Positions 28,222 through 41,270 are shown, counted from the first letter of the stretch. The stretch: DNA of 64,000 nt from Octopus sinensis (GCF_006345805.1 NC_043010.1:41106001-41170000), one strand, 5' to 3'. Numbers and translations are program-made. The notes: a model not told the origin generated them from the letters alone.

Positions 28222-28420
28222 CTGGCAGACCCATTAGCCAAACAAAATGCTTAGTGGCATTTCATTCGTTTTTACATTCTGAGCTCAAATTCCACTGAGG
28301 TGAATCTTGCCTCTCGTCCTGTTGGGGTTTGATAAAATAAGTACCAGTCAAGTACTGAAGTCAATGAATTGACTTGCCCCTCTCCTCAAAAACTGCTGGC
28401 CCTATGCCAAAATTTGAAAC
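28222..28420 (+). mobile_element. SINE family A copy in the GPCR intron
   Basis: gcaagctggcag...ctgagctcaaattcc...aagtaccag. Confidence 0.75.
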
Positions 28421-28513
28421 CATTATTACTATTGTCATATGTTTTTGAAATATTACCTCACCTATATCTTAATTAAATGTTTTATCTAATATTATGTGTT
28501 ATTTAATTTACAG

Positions 28514-29285
28514 GTATGTGACATCAAATTTCTTCATTACATGCACCAGTTGGTTGACCGTGGCAGTGACAATTGAACGATTCATAGCAATACGGTTTGC
28601 TCTTAAAGCAAAAATTATGTGCACCGTGTATCGAGCCAAAGTAGCTATTATAGCAATTTTTATCACATCATTTGTATTCCATTTCTCAAAATGGTTTGAA
28701 TATGGAGTCAATTTTGATCACACAAACAGAGCACCAGTAACTTCGATGCCATTATCACACAACAAAGCCTACATGAGCTTTATGCATTCAACAAACATAG
28801 CAATAGCTGTTTTCATCCCAGAGATTTCGCTTTCCATTCTCAACACCTTGCTTGTATTTTACCTCATCAAGCATACGGCATCAACAAAACATATGAAGAA
28901 GCAGACTTCACAGGAAATCGCCCACATCACAACCGTTGTCATTACAATGGTTTTGGTATTTATGATGTGTCATTCTATTGGACTTTATCTTGCCATTAGC
29001 ATCTCTATCTATGATAGAAACAGTGTGCTAGGCACACCAACAGGTATTAGGCTGAGAGCAATAAACAATTTCCTAGTTCTCATCAATTCCAGTGTCAACT
29101 TCATTCTCTACACAGCTATCAGCCAACGATTCCGAAGCACCATGAAAGGCATCTTCATGAGCTGTACCAAGTCTGGTTATAAATTACCCAATGGTCAAAG
29201 AGCATATGGTTCAGCCAGCTCATCAAAAACTAAATCAACATCATCAGGTCACAGTAAACGAAGTAATAAAGAGTCAGTAGTATAA
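28514..29285 (+). CDS. Same GPCR, exon 2: TM3-TM7 and C-tail (425 aa in total)
   Basis: Acceptor atttacag|G completes Arg (phase 2). TM3 TVAVTIERFIAIRFALKAKIMCT, TM5 IPEISLSILN, TM7 INSSVNFILY...SQRFR. Stop at 29283-29285. Confidence 0.9.
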
Positions 29286-29531
29286 ATCATAAAGAAGAAT
29301 TATCAGAAATTGGACCTAAAGTGTGAAATAATTTACATAAATAATTGTGAAAAACAAAGTTCTGGAAACTGAAAATCATCTACATTTTTTTTTTTTTACA
29401 AAACTATAACAACTTTTCAAAACTAAACAACAAACTAAAATACTGAACCAATGGTTCTCAACTACTTTTTACTTATGGAACCTCTTTGATTCCTATTTTA
29501 TTTGGGTGAATCCTCATAACCATTCAATGTT

Positions 29532-29576
<45 letters not shown>

Positions 29577-30884
29577 CAGTTAGACAACAGACAGCAGACA
29601 AAGTAAACAGTGATATTTTTTCTAAATTGATGTGAGCACACTGTTAATTGTTGCCTGCAGTACAATATAACCAGTGTTTACAGATTCATTGAAGCAAATA
29701 ATTGTGTGTAGATATATAAGTGTATATATGCTGTGTGTGTGTGTGCACGCGTGCATGCTTGTGTGTGCGTGTGTGTGTGTGTGCGTGCTTGGGTGTATTC
29801 TTTACTTCTTTAATTTTTTTGAGCCATCACAGCTAAGGCCTGTGTGTATAAACATATATTTTACACAGGCACACACACACATATGAGGGGGTGAATATTC
29901 ATATGCTTTTATTCTTTTTATTTGCCTCACTCATCAGACAGTGTCCATGCTGGAGTACCATGTCCAAGGATTTTGGTCAAGCATCTCAACACCAATACTT
30001 ATTTATTCAACTGCGAAGATGTAGTTTTGACATAAAGAGACACAACTTAGACACCAGTAAATATAAACACATTACAAAAGCACACATGCACACACACACA
30101 CACACGCGCGCACGCGCACGCACACACACACACACACAATAAGATTCCACATATTTTTCTGCTACTATGATTGACTTATTTGACATGTAGTAAAACTACA
30201 TGTAGGCATGGCTCTGAGTAGTTACGAAGTTTGCTTAGCAACCACATGATTTTGTGTTCAGTTCTACTTATTGGGTTCCTTGGGTAAGTGTCTACTGTAG
30301 ACCCAAGTTGGCCAATATCTCTAGCTTAGAGTGTATCACCATCATCATTTAATACATTTAATATCTATGCCAGCATGGAAAACAGATGTTAAATGAGGAT
30401 GATACATTCTAAGCTGGAGATATTGGTCAACTTGAGTCTACAGTAGACACTTGCCCAAGGTGTGATGCAGTAGAATTGAGCACAGAATCATGCAGTTGCT
30501 AAGCAAACTTCTTAACCACACAGCCACGTTTGCATCTATTTTTAACCACCTATCAAATAATCATTTATAGTCGATTACAGATTCCATAAAGTATTTAATA
30601 GAAACTGTATTAAGGTCAGTTATAATTACATAGCTAATATTTGTAATATCTCAGCTTGTAAATCTCATATGATAAGAATAGATAATGCAGTATGTACTTG
30701 TAAAAATAAAGAGTTATGCTCTGTTGGTAATTTCCAAATTATAGCCAATATTTATAAACTAATGTTTCTTCTTTAACTGGAATTTCTACCACTAAACATT
30801 GCATTTTCTGCAAGACAGAAAACATGTTCAAGAATTGTTATCTAAACTACACTTCATGTTTTCAGAAAGAAATATTAGATAGGT

Positions 30885-31480
30885 GTTCTTTATGTGCCAC
30901 CAGCATGAATGCACTTGACTTGTCAAGTCCTCTCAAGCACAGCACATCACAAAAGGTCTTGGTCACTAGTCATTGCCTCTGTGAGGCTCAGAGTTAGAAG
31001 ATCGATCATGCTTCACCACCCCATCCCATGTCTTCCTGGGTCTACCTCTACCACAGGTTCCCTCTATAGTTAGAGATCAGCACTTCTTTACACAATACTT
31101 GTCCATATGCATCACAGTCGTCTTTCTTGCACACCACAACTGATGTCTCTTATGCCTAACTTTTCTCTCAAGATGCTTACATTCTGTTGAACATGCACAC
31201 GGACATTGAACATCCAGTGAAGCACACTAGCTTCATTTCCTTCAAACCTACACATATCTTCAGCTATCACAGCCCATGTTTCACTGCCATGCAGCATAGC
31301 TGTTTGCACACAGGCATCAAACAATCTCCCTTTCACTCTGAGAGAGAGGCCCTTTGTTGCCAGCAGGGGTAGGATCTCTCTGAACTTTGCCCAGCCTAAT
31401 CTTATTCTCACAGCTACGCTCTCAGAGCATCCACTTCCACTACTAACTTGGTTCCTTAGATAACAGAAGCTATCAGCTAC
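30885..31480 (-). mobile_element. RTE-clade LINE RT C-terminal fragment
   Basis: ORF 31112..31411 RIRLGWAKFREILPLL...KGRLFDACVQTAMLHGSETWA...REKLGIRDI...QERRL. Confidence 0.85.
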
Positions 31481-31499
31481 CTCTAACTTGCCCCTCTAG

Positions 31500-31562
<63 letters not shown>

Positions 31563-31894
31563 TCACACACACATACATGCATGTGTCAGTTGTAAATGTA
31601 TGTACATGTTTCTGTATATAGACATTGTTCTTGTATATTATATAACAAATTGTATATAGTGTAAATAAAATATCTAAATATTTTAATCTTGACTTTTGTT
31701 CAATATTCTTTTTCATAATGATAAAGATGACATGTTTTTTGTTTCACAAATCCAACCATTAGAAATACATCTACACATACATACACATATTCACACACAA
31801 ACATATATATGGGTGTATATACATACCTACCTACCTACATACATACATACATATATACATACATACATACATATATACATATATATATATACAT

Positions 31895-32166
31895 CAGATG
31901 TTTTACACATCGCTGGTCACAATGCGTTTGCATTGTTTTAGCCTTCGAATGACGCCACCCTGCTGGCTAAGCGAGCAGGCCAACAGAAGAGTGAGAGAAA
32001 GAGTGCTGAAAGAGTACAGCAGGGATCACCACCCCCTGCCGGAGCATCGTGGAGCTTTTAGGTGTTTTCGCTCAATAAACACTCATAACGCCCGGTCTGG
32101 GAATCAAAACCGCGATCCTACGACCGCGAGTCTGCTGCCCTAACCACTAGGCCATTGCGCCTCCAC
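31895..32166 (-). mobile_element. tRNA(Arg-like)-headed SINE family D, tail type 1
   Basis: Minus-strand head gtggaggcgcaatggcctagtggttagggcagc...gattcccagacc. Confidence 0.75.
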
Positions 32167-32197
<31 letters not shown>

Positions 32198-32199
32198 AT

Positions 32200-32245
<46 letters not shown>

Positions 32246-33101
32246 CACATAGACATATATGTATGTGTGTATATATATATATATGTGTATGTATGTATAT
32301 ACACACACACATACATACACACATGTATATACATATGTATGTATATATACACACACACTCATACATACGTGTACATGTGTGTGCACATGTATAATGATCT
32401 GGCAATTAAAAAAAAATTATACAGCATTTCACATAATGAGGAAGATCCCTTAAAAATCCTCACCACAGCAGTAAAGTGTATTATACTAAGTAACTGTGGT
32501 TTTCTCCCTCCAGTTGTGCTTTTTCAAACCCTTCCAGAAACTTTTATTGTTTGTCTCTTACTTGTTTCAGTCATTAGACTGCTGCCATGCTGGGGCACTG
32601 CTTTGAAGAATTTTTAGTCAAATGAATCAATCCCAGTACTTCTTTCCTTTTTTAAGCCTGTTACTTATTCTGTCGGTTACTTTTGCCAAACCGCTAAGTC
32701 ACAGGGATGTGCACACACCAACACCAGTTGTCAAGTGATGGTGATACAACAACACACACACACCTAGATATAAATATATATGATGGGCTTCTTTTGTTTT
32801 CCATCTACTAAACTCGACTAGTACTTATTTTACTGATGCTGAAAGGATGGAGATTAAAGTTAACTTTTGCAGGTTTGCAACTCAGAACTACCAATCTCAA
32901 CCAACCATTGTCAGTTGTGAGAAATATATACAGTTTTGTTTTGTTTTGGTTTTTTAATTGCTTCCTAAGTAAAGGGAACACTACTGATGTAATAGCTTCC
33001 AGTGCCTCAAAGACAGTTAGAAGGAAATTACCTTCAAATTAGAAACCAGTACCAAATCCTTACAGCAGGCAAGGCACTTAAGGACCAAGTGGTGACAGTA
33101 A

Positions 33102-33322
33102 CCCTTTTGTTAATAACCCGGCCAAAACCGGCTCTGACTCTGTAGTACAAATGTCTTATTTTCATAAGGTTTAAATAAAAATCTTCTGCCAAACCTTAGT
33201 CACAATTTATACTCCTAACACTAGCTTAATGATAACTAAGTTATTTTACTAAATTCTTTGTTATATTTGAAATAAGTGAAAGAAACACAGAGCATCTCAA
33301 AATAAATACAGTAATGAAAGGG
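33102..33322. mobile_element. TTAA/CCC-ended (piggyBac-like) MITE
   Basis: TIRs CCCTTTTGTTA / TAATGAAAGGG, flanked by TAA and TTAA. Related to 58664-58872 and 59389-59609. Confidence 0.7.
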
Positions 33323-33940
33323 TTAAATCAACTTGTCATACTCTCTGACGATGTTTTATGCAATAAACTGCCAACTTAACCAAGAGAATATTTATTTTTC
33401 ATCCACATAATACCATGAAAATGGAGCATTTGGTGGGCAGGGTATAATTTAGTCAGAGAGAATTAATCCGTATCTATGACCGTTGCATGCACTCTGAGGT
33501 TAGTCAAACTGATGTGACTGATATCCGAGCAGAACAACTGCATCAAAAACATGGGCAAAATTTGAATACTTGCAACAGAATGAATTCATAGAGCCTGATG
33601 GTGATGTTAGGACTACCACACACAAAAAAACACCAGCCATAAAGAATTTTTTCATCCCATTTTTTAACCAGAATTTAACAATCATTTTACATTATTATAC
33701 AGTTTACCTAGCTGTCTAGTGTATGAATGGTAAAGTTATTTGAGAGAGAGTATGACTATCACTCTGTTCAACTGCAGGTTTATCTCTCACCCAGAGAACC
33801 CCATCAAGCCAGAACTAATGAAAGGACATACATTATACATTCATTTATAAGACATACAGAAAATTTGACGGTTTTTGTATTTACGCTGAGAGACTACCAT
33901 GATAAAGCAGGACTATAACTAGGCTGACGGGGACTATGAA

Positions 33941-34374
33941 ACAACAACAATACTGCTGCTGCTGCTGCTACCACTACTACCACTACTACTACTACCACTA
34001 CTACCACTATTATTACTACTACTACCACCACCACCACCACTACCACTACCACCACTACCACTACTACTACTACTACCACCACTACCACCACCACTACCAC
34101 TACAACTACCACTACTACTACTACTACCACTACTACTACTACAGCTACTACTACTACTACCACTACCATTACTACTACCACTACTACTACTACCACCACC
34201 ACCACTACCACTACTACTACCACTACTACTACCACTACCACTACTACTACCACCACTACTACTATTACTACTACCATCACTACCATTACTACTACCACTA
34301 CTACTACTACCACCACCACCACTACTACTACCACTACTACTACCACCACCACCACCACTACCACTACTACTACT
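33941..34374. repeat. Mixed (CTA/CCA)n trinucleotide tract of about 430 bp
   Basis: Directly visible. It produces the poly-Val and poly-His/Tyr ORFs. Confidence 0.95.
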
Positions 34375-34419
34375 CGTACACAGACTTTAAAAAATGAAAT
34401 AAAAACGATCTGCACTCAC

Positions 34420-34581
34420 CTGCAATTGATTGTTTGCTACTTTGGAGGCCTTCAGCTCATTTCGACATGCATCCAGCTCCTCTTTTAATCGAGTAGCACC
34501 GTCTTTTAATGTTGTTATGTGGCTTGATGCTGATGACAAATTCTCTTCACTATTTCGCACCATAAGCTGAAAGTTCTGGAG
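34420..34581 (-). CDS. FAM184A: FAM184-like exon (LQNFQLMVRNSEE...NNQLQ, 54 aa)
   Basis: Acceptor ttcttcag|CTC, donor CAG|gtgagt. Coiled-coil. Confidence 0.8.
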
Positions 34582-34886
34582 CTGAAGAATGAACAATTTA
34601 TAACACTTGCTTAATATTTAGTTATGTATATTAACTTATATGTGCACACACACACACACACACATGCATGCACACAAGCATATACATACCATATACCCAA
34701 TAAGTAAAGCACCGCCTTTAGTCTAACAAATCGACGCCAGGACTTATTCTTTGTAAACCTACTACTTATTTTATCAGTCTATCTTGCTGAACTGCTAAGT
34801 CACAGGGACATAAACACACCAGCATTGGTTGTCAAGAGATGGTGGGGGACAAACACAGACACACAAATACACACACACACATATGC

Positions 34887-34920
<34 letters not shown>

Positions 34921-34922
<2 letters not shown>

Positions 34923-35307
34923 TCATCATCACTCCGGCGGTTATGATGACAAGGGTTCCAGTTGATCTGATCAATGGAACAGTCTGCTCATGAAATTAAC
35001 ATGTAAGTGGCTGAGCACCCCACAGACATATGTACCCTTAACATAGTTCTCGGGGAGATTCAGCATGACACAGTGTGTAACAAGGCTGGCCCTCTGAAAT
35101 AGAGGTACAACAGAAACAGGAAGAAAGAATGAGAAGAAGTTGTGGTGAAAGAGTACAGCAGGGTTTGCCACCACCCCTTGCCAGAGCCTCATGGAGCTTT
35201 AGGTGTTTACGCTCAATAAACAAACACAATGTCCGGTCCGGGAGTCAAAATCGAGATCTCACAACCGGGAGTCCGCTGCCCTGACCACTGGGCCATTTCG
35301 CCTCCAC
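34921..35307 (-). mobile_element. SINE family D, tail type 2
   Basis: Same head and body as 31983-32166, with an unrelated 3' tail. Confidence 0.75.
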
Positions 35308-35591
35308 ACACACAACAACAGTTGTCATATATACCATAGATTTTAACATACAAGTCATCTTTGTATGTATGCATGCTGGCCTGTAAATTATTGAAAATTG
35401 CATGTATTCCAACACAAAATTAAGACTGAAGAGAAACAAGAAAGCCAGTACAAAAGCAGTGTGACTAAGAGAATACAATAAAAAGAATTTGATGGACAAA
35501 ATTACAAACTAAATGCAAATTCTCAATATGAAATCAATAGAAACAAATTTTTTTAATCAAGGAGGTAATAATAATGACACAATCTACCTAC

Positions 35592-35702
35592 CTTTACTTC
35601 GGCGTTAGTAAGCTGACTTTTCAGTTCCTGCCCAATCTTCTCAAATTCTTCAACTACGGATCTATTCTGTTGCTTCAGCTGTTGAACTTCTTTGTCAAAC
35701 TC
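35592..35702 (-). CDS. FAM184A: FAM184-like exon (EFDKEVQQLKQQNRSVVEEFEKIGQELKSQLTNAEVK, 37 aa)
   Basis: Not in the ORF track; translated by hand. Acceptor actatag|GAG, donor AAG|gtaggt, phase 0/0. Confidence 0.8.
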
Positions 35703-35809
35703 CTATAGTTTTGAAAAAGGAATTAAAACTGAATTTGCCTTCCTAATAACGATTGTCTTATATATATCAGAGCAGGCTACAATAGTGAAAGAGTGAACTA
35801 AATGCTGGA

Positions 35810-35841
<32 letters not shown>

Positions 35842-35842
35842 T

Positions 35843-36058
35843 CCTTTACTTGTTTCGGTCATTTGACTATGGCCATGCTGGAGCACCACCTTTAGTCTAA
35901 CAAACCGACGCCAGGACTTATTCTTTGTAAACCTACTACTTATGTTATCAGTCTATCTTGCTGAACTGCTAAGTCACAGGGACATAAACACACCGACATT
36001 GGTTGCCAAGAGATGGTGGGGGACAAACAGACACACAAATACACACACACACACACAC

Positions 36059-36124
<66 letters not shown>

Positions 36125-36303
36125 GTATGTATATTTATATATATATGTATATATATATATATATATACATATATATATACGATGGGCTTCTTTCAATTAC
36201 TGTCTATCAAGCCCAATCACAAGGCTTTGGTTGGCCCGAGGTCGGGACTGAGCGCAGAACCATGAGGTTGGGAAGCAAGCTTTTTATCACACAGCCACTC
36301 TTG
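35843..36303 (-). mobile_element. SINE family B copy
   Basis: Collinear reverse complement. Partial copies also occur at about 32560-32810, 34700-34900 and 61705-61850. Confidence 0.8.
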
Positions 36304-37463
36304 CGCATGCATATATATGGTGGTTGTCTACTCCTTATGCAGGACCTTATATATTGCTACTTGTATGTGGCTTGAATGAAGGCAGCATGTGAATGATATG
36401 GCAACACCAAGCAAACATTTAATAGTAACTCTTATTGCATAGCTCAAGTAATATTGAGGTTGGTCATGAATTATAAAGCTCTACAACAGGTCAACACAAT
36501 TGAAGGAATAATTTAGTAGCATTCATAAATAGTTGATAACAAAAGCTTTCTACTGAAGTTTGTCAAGATAAGAGAAAAATCTATACAATCTATACAGTAG
36601 ATTCATATCAACCAACTATATCAACATATCCAACCTGAGCAGAAAGTCATGAAATTACTATTATAGATGGCAAGAGAGTGTGTGGAGCAGGACCACAAGT
36701 TACAGCACAATTTGAACGTTGGTACTAAAACAAGCCTTTATATAACTCTGGTACCAAGATGATCCAGAAAGATCTAGAAGAACCTATCACATGAAGTCTG
36801 GCTGCTGATTGGTCAATAGCTAAACCTCTCACATGAACAAGGTTATGCTATGTCACCTGTCAAAGAAACGATTATACAACATGATTCTGAAGTAGGACAT
36901 GTCACAGGGTGTGTGGTTCTCAGCAGTAAAATACCAGATGGATCTGAGGATGTGAGATTGTGTTGCATTGACATCTACATCTCCTGGAAGAGTAAGAAAA
37001 CAATGCTCTTATTCTTCACATCAAAATCTATGCCTCAAAAACACAGACCCAAAATTCCTACCTAAGACACACATAGATTAGAAGTTTCTGAAATGATGTT
37101 GGCAGTCTGTATAATGTAAGTATAAAAATAAGACAGGCATAGAAACACTTCCAGAAGCAAAGCTTTTCATGAGATATACAAAATTTCAGAGGTAATCAGT
37201 GGCCGAAGTGGTTCAGCCTTGTAATAAAGAGGCCTACACAATAACTACATGACATCAGGTTTCCTAATTCCTAGACCACATGTTAGACTACCTAGATGTA
37301 AGCAGCCTAGATTTGTGAAGAGACAGGACAACCTTTCACAACAGCAGCAAGCAGCTGTCTAGCTGGCAGAAGAAAGCAAGGGCCTACAAAGAATTGAGCA
37401 GCTAAGAAAAAGAAAAAAGATATGAGTGTAAGTCTACATAAAGAAAATAGGATAGAAAGTCAC

Positions 37464-37670
37464 CTCTTTCTGTTTTTGGAATTTGTCCAACATGTCATTT
37501 TGTATCTTCATGATGCTTTTCTGCTCTGCTTCTTTCATCAGAGCAATCTCTGCTTCCTTCTGTTTTATGAGAGCCTCTTTTTCTTCTTCATATTTTACCT
37601 TTATTTCATGAGTGTTTTCATCCATCTGTGACTCTATGATCATCTTTTCAGAGTTAGCATCGTGTAGCAT
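37464..37670 (-). CDS. FAM184A: FAM184-like exon (MLHDANSEK...KFQKQKE, 69 aa)
   Basis: Acceptor attatcag|ATG, donor GAG|gtgact. E/K-rich heptad sequence. Confidence 0.8.
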
Positions 37671-37794
37671 CTGATAATATAATAAAACAGTCGTATACAG
37701 TAAATAAAATTTTAAAAACCATGAGTTTGCTATAAAAGGATATATGAAAGATTTGTGTGTGTGTGTATGTGTATCAATATATATGTATGTATCT

Positions 37795-38010
37795 TGGCGA
37801 GCTGGCAGAAACGTTAGTGCACCAGGCGAAATGCTAAGCGGTATTTCGTCTGTCATTACGTTCTGAGTTCAAATTCCGCTGAAGTCGACTTCGCCTTTCA
37901 TCCTTTCGGGGTCGATAAATAAAGCACCAGTTTCGCACTGGGGTCGATGTAATCAACTTAATCCCTTTGTCTGTCCTTGTTTGTCCCCTCTCCCTTGTGG
38001 GCAATAAAGA
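37795..38010 (+). mobile_element. tRNA-derived SINE family A
   Basis: ggcgagctggcagaa..gttag head, gttctgagttcaaattcc B-box, gtcgactttgcctttcatcctttcggggtcg body. Confidence 0.85.
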
Positions 38011-39065
38011 AATATATATATGTATGTATCTATAAGTATGTATTCAGACACACAAACACACACATACATACATACATACAGACATACAAATTATTTCTGC
38101 TTGCTTCAAAGTTTGGAATGTCAAACAACGGCTGAATCAGTTCTTATTTGAAGTTGCTGCCCTTCTAAATGAGTTTGGGACCATGTCTTGCTCATACTTA
38201 ACATTTAGCACATAGCATCTACGACTTGGCGCTGTTCCTGACCTGTTTTATTGTACACACACACACACACATTCACACACACTCGTGTATGTGAGCAATA
38301 ACTAAATTCACACACAAGGCTTTGCTGATCTAAATGATGTAGCTGAAGATAGTTCTCCAAGGTGCAGCACAGTGGGGCTGAACCATGTGGTTAACAAAAC
38401 AAACTTATTATCTAAAAACTTATATTCAGATACATACATTATCATCATTTAATGCCTACTTTCCATGCTAGCATGAGCTGGAAAGTTCACCACAATTGGA
38501 ACCAACATTTATTTCAAATGGCACTATACCCTTAGCTGAGTCACAGGACCTCATTTTACCCACATTTCATTTTCTACTTGGTTTCTACCATTTGATGCTC
38601 TTCCTAACACTAATCCCTTTCTAGAGTGTACTGGGTACATTTTTTCGATGTACCAATACTAGAAGAGTGTCGTGTCTTTCGAAGGACTAAAGGGCCCTCA
38701 CAACCTCACACGTTATAGCGTGTACAGGATGCATTTTCCGTAACTCTAGTATAAGAGAGGGTGATGCTTCCTTGACATTGCTAAAGGGAGCTTACAACTA
38801 CACAACCCTTTCTCACTCACCAACCTCTCTGAAAAGTGAGGAACCTTGAGTGATAGAAAAATGAATGACAATGGTGAGAGGGATGAGGAAAGAAGTATAC
38901 AATGGGAGTCTGCAACAGTTGGAAATGATCTTTCCATGATGAAGGTTGAAGTAGGAGATTTAGGAAACAGAGAGACCCTTCTGGTGAGAGGCTAATGGTG
39001 GATGGACCTCAACTGTCACAACTGATGGAAGGACTCAGAAGATTGATATAAATATGAAGACTCTC

Positions 39066-39468
39066 TTACTCTTTTACTTGTTTCAGTCATTTGACTGCGG
39101 CCATGCTGGAGCACCGCCTTTAATCGAGCAACTCGACCCCGAGACTTATTCTTTGTAAGCCCAGTACTTATTCTATCGGTCTCTTTTGCCGAACTGCTAA
39201 GTGACGGGGACATAAACACACCAGCATCGGTTGTCAAGCAATGCTAGGGGGGGACAAACACAGACACACAAACACACACGCGCATACATATATATATACA
39301 TATATACGACAGGCTTCTTTCAGTTTCCGTCTACCAAATCCACTCACAAGGCATTGGTCGGCCCGGGGCTATAGCAGAAGACACTTGCCCAAGATGCCAC
39401 GCAGTGGGGCTGAACCCGGAACCATGTGGTTGGTTAGCAAGCTACTTACCACACAGCCACTCCTGCAC
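39066..39468 (-). mobile_element. SINE family B copy, near consensus
   Basis: Full head, body and tail. Confidence 0.85.
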
Positions 39469-39663
39469 CTATTTTAACTGCTGGATATTTTAACAAAAAA
39501 AGAATATATAATTGACAGCATTTAATTTTCAATTCAATAATGAAACAATGATAAATCTCATCATTGTTTGATTTCACTTTTTCAATATCAATGTCAAATC
39601 GACATTGGAAAAAGTATATGTATTTGTGAAGGGATCTGACTTCTCATCGACAACCATGATTGT

Positions 39664-39708
39664 CACACACTGATGAAAGGTAAACACCTTGAAACTCGGG
39701 TACGTGTG
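39664..39708 (+). ncRNA. Minimal type-I hammerhead ribozyme motif
   Basis: CACACa-CTGATGA-AAGGT(aaac)ACCTT-GAAA-CTCGGG-TA-cGTGTG. There is one A.C mismatch at the base of stem I. Confidence 0.75.
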
Positions 39709-40089
39709 TATCATGAGTTGAAGACGGGGAGGATGACTCCTCTTCACAAATACTGACAGGACACAGATAGTGTGTCTATAGCCAGCTGGAGGAGATATCT
39801 TCCTGGGGCTACAAACTACAGTAGCATCCACCCTTATGGGTTAGCCATATTCAAATGGCATATATGCATCAATAATGAAAGTTTATTTGCAATTACTAAG
39901 GGAAAAATAAAATTTTAAGTACAAATAGCTGTTCAACTTTGAAAACGTTTTAATTTTTAAACACAATATTAAAAAACAGATTTTCTAGAGGTGACAAGAC
40001 TACAGACTCGAGATATTTGCAGAGAATTGATAATTCAGAGAAGTAATATTAAATACTAAGAGAATTAATATTAAATGTGATACAATAGC

Positions 40090-40232
40090 GTTAGGAAGGG
40101 CATCCAGCCGTAGAAACACTGCCAGATCAGACTGGGCCCGATGCAGCCTTCTGGCTTCACAGACCCCAGTTGAACCGTCCAACCCATGCTAGCATGGAAA
40201 GTGGACGCTAAATGATGATGATGATGATGATG
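40090..40232 (+). mobile_element. 5'-truncated family C copy with a 6-bp TSD
   Basis: AATAGC at 40084-40089 and 40233-40238. Consistent with target-primed reverse transcription. Confidence 0.75.
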
Positions 40233-40805
40233 AATAGCAACCAACACACTCCCTTATCAGACAAACATGTAACTTCTTACCCTAAAAGGATATCACATTG
40301 TTCCTGTTTCTAATGTAATAAAAAATCTGTCTGCCTGACTTATCTTCATACAGAGACATGTACACATTCACAAACACACACAAGCTTACATCTACCTGAT
40401 GTACAAAATACATCTGCAGAAGTGCGTTTGTGTGTGTACATGTACATACACATACATGATCATGTATGTTTTGTGTACAAGGAAACCTATACCAAATGTA
40501 GAAACACACATGCATATGTATGCACATTCACACACAAATGCACATACACACATATGCACTTGAATACATGTCTGTGTAATGTACACAGCCACACAATACA
40601 GAAACATACATGTGCACACACACACACATATATATATAAATATGCATGTATGCATACACATATAGACATACATATATACATGTATGCAAACACACACACA
40701 TGCGCATGTGCACACACACACATACACACACACACACATGTAACAGGTTTAACATTTTGGTTACAGCTAAAGAGATATTCTTCAGTCAATTAAAACTTCC
40801 TAGAA

Positions 40806-41201
40806 GGCTACGAGCTGGCAGAAACGTTAGCACGCCGGGCGAAATGCTTAGCAGCATTTCATCTCCCGCTACGTTCTGAGTTCAAATTCCGCCGAGGTCA
40901 ACTTTGCCTTTCATCCTTTCAGGGTCAATTAAATAAGTACCAGTTACGCACTGGGGTCGATATAATCGACTTAATCCGTTTGTCCGTCCTGGTTTGTCCT
41001 CTCTGCGTTTAGCCCCTTGTGGGTAGTAAAGAAATAGGTATTTTGTCTGTCTTTACATTCTGAGTTCAAATTCCGCCAAGGTCAACTTTGCCTTTCATCC
41101 TTTCAAGGTTGATAAATTAAGTACCAGTTGCATACTGAGGTCGATCTAATCAACTTAATCCCCTTCCCAAAATTTTTGGCCTTGTGCCTTGAGTACAAAA
41201 G
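40806..41201 (+). mobile_element. Dimeric SINE family A with an 18-bp TSD
   Basis: TSD AATTAAAACTTCCTAGAA at 40788-40805 and 41202-41219. Confidence 0.85.
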
Positions 41202-41270
41202 AATTAAAACTTCCTAGAATGCAATACCACAACAAATAAGATGGAATTATTCCTAATCAAACAACCAGAC

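Noticed and set aside
32095-32166. tRNA genes (also the heads of SINE families A and B)
   Set aside because: They have A/B boxes but no full cloverleaf and continue into repeated SINE bodies.
33894-34415. 173-aa poly-Val and 153-aa poly-His/Tyr ORFs
   Set aside because: Both are a trinucleotide repeat read in stop-free frames.
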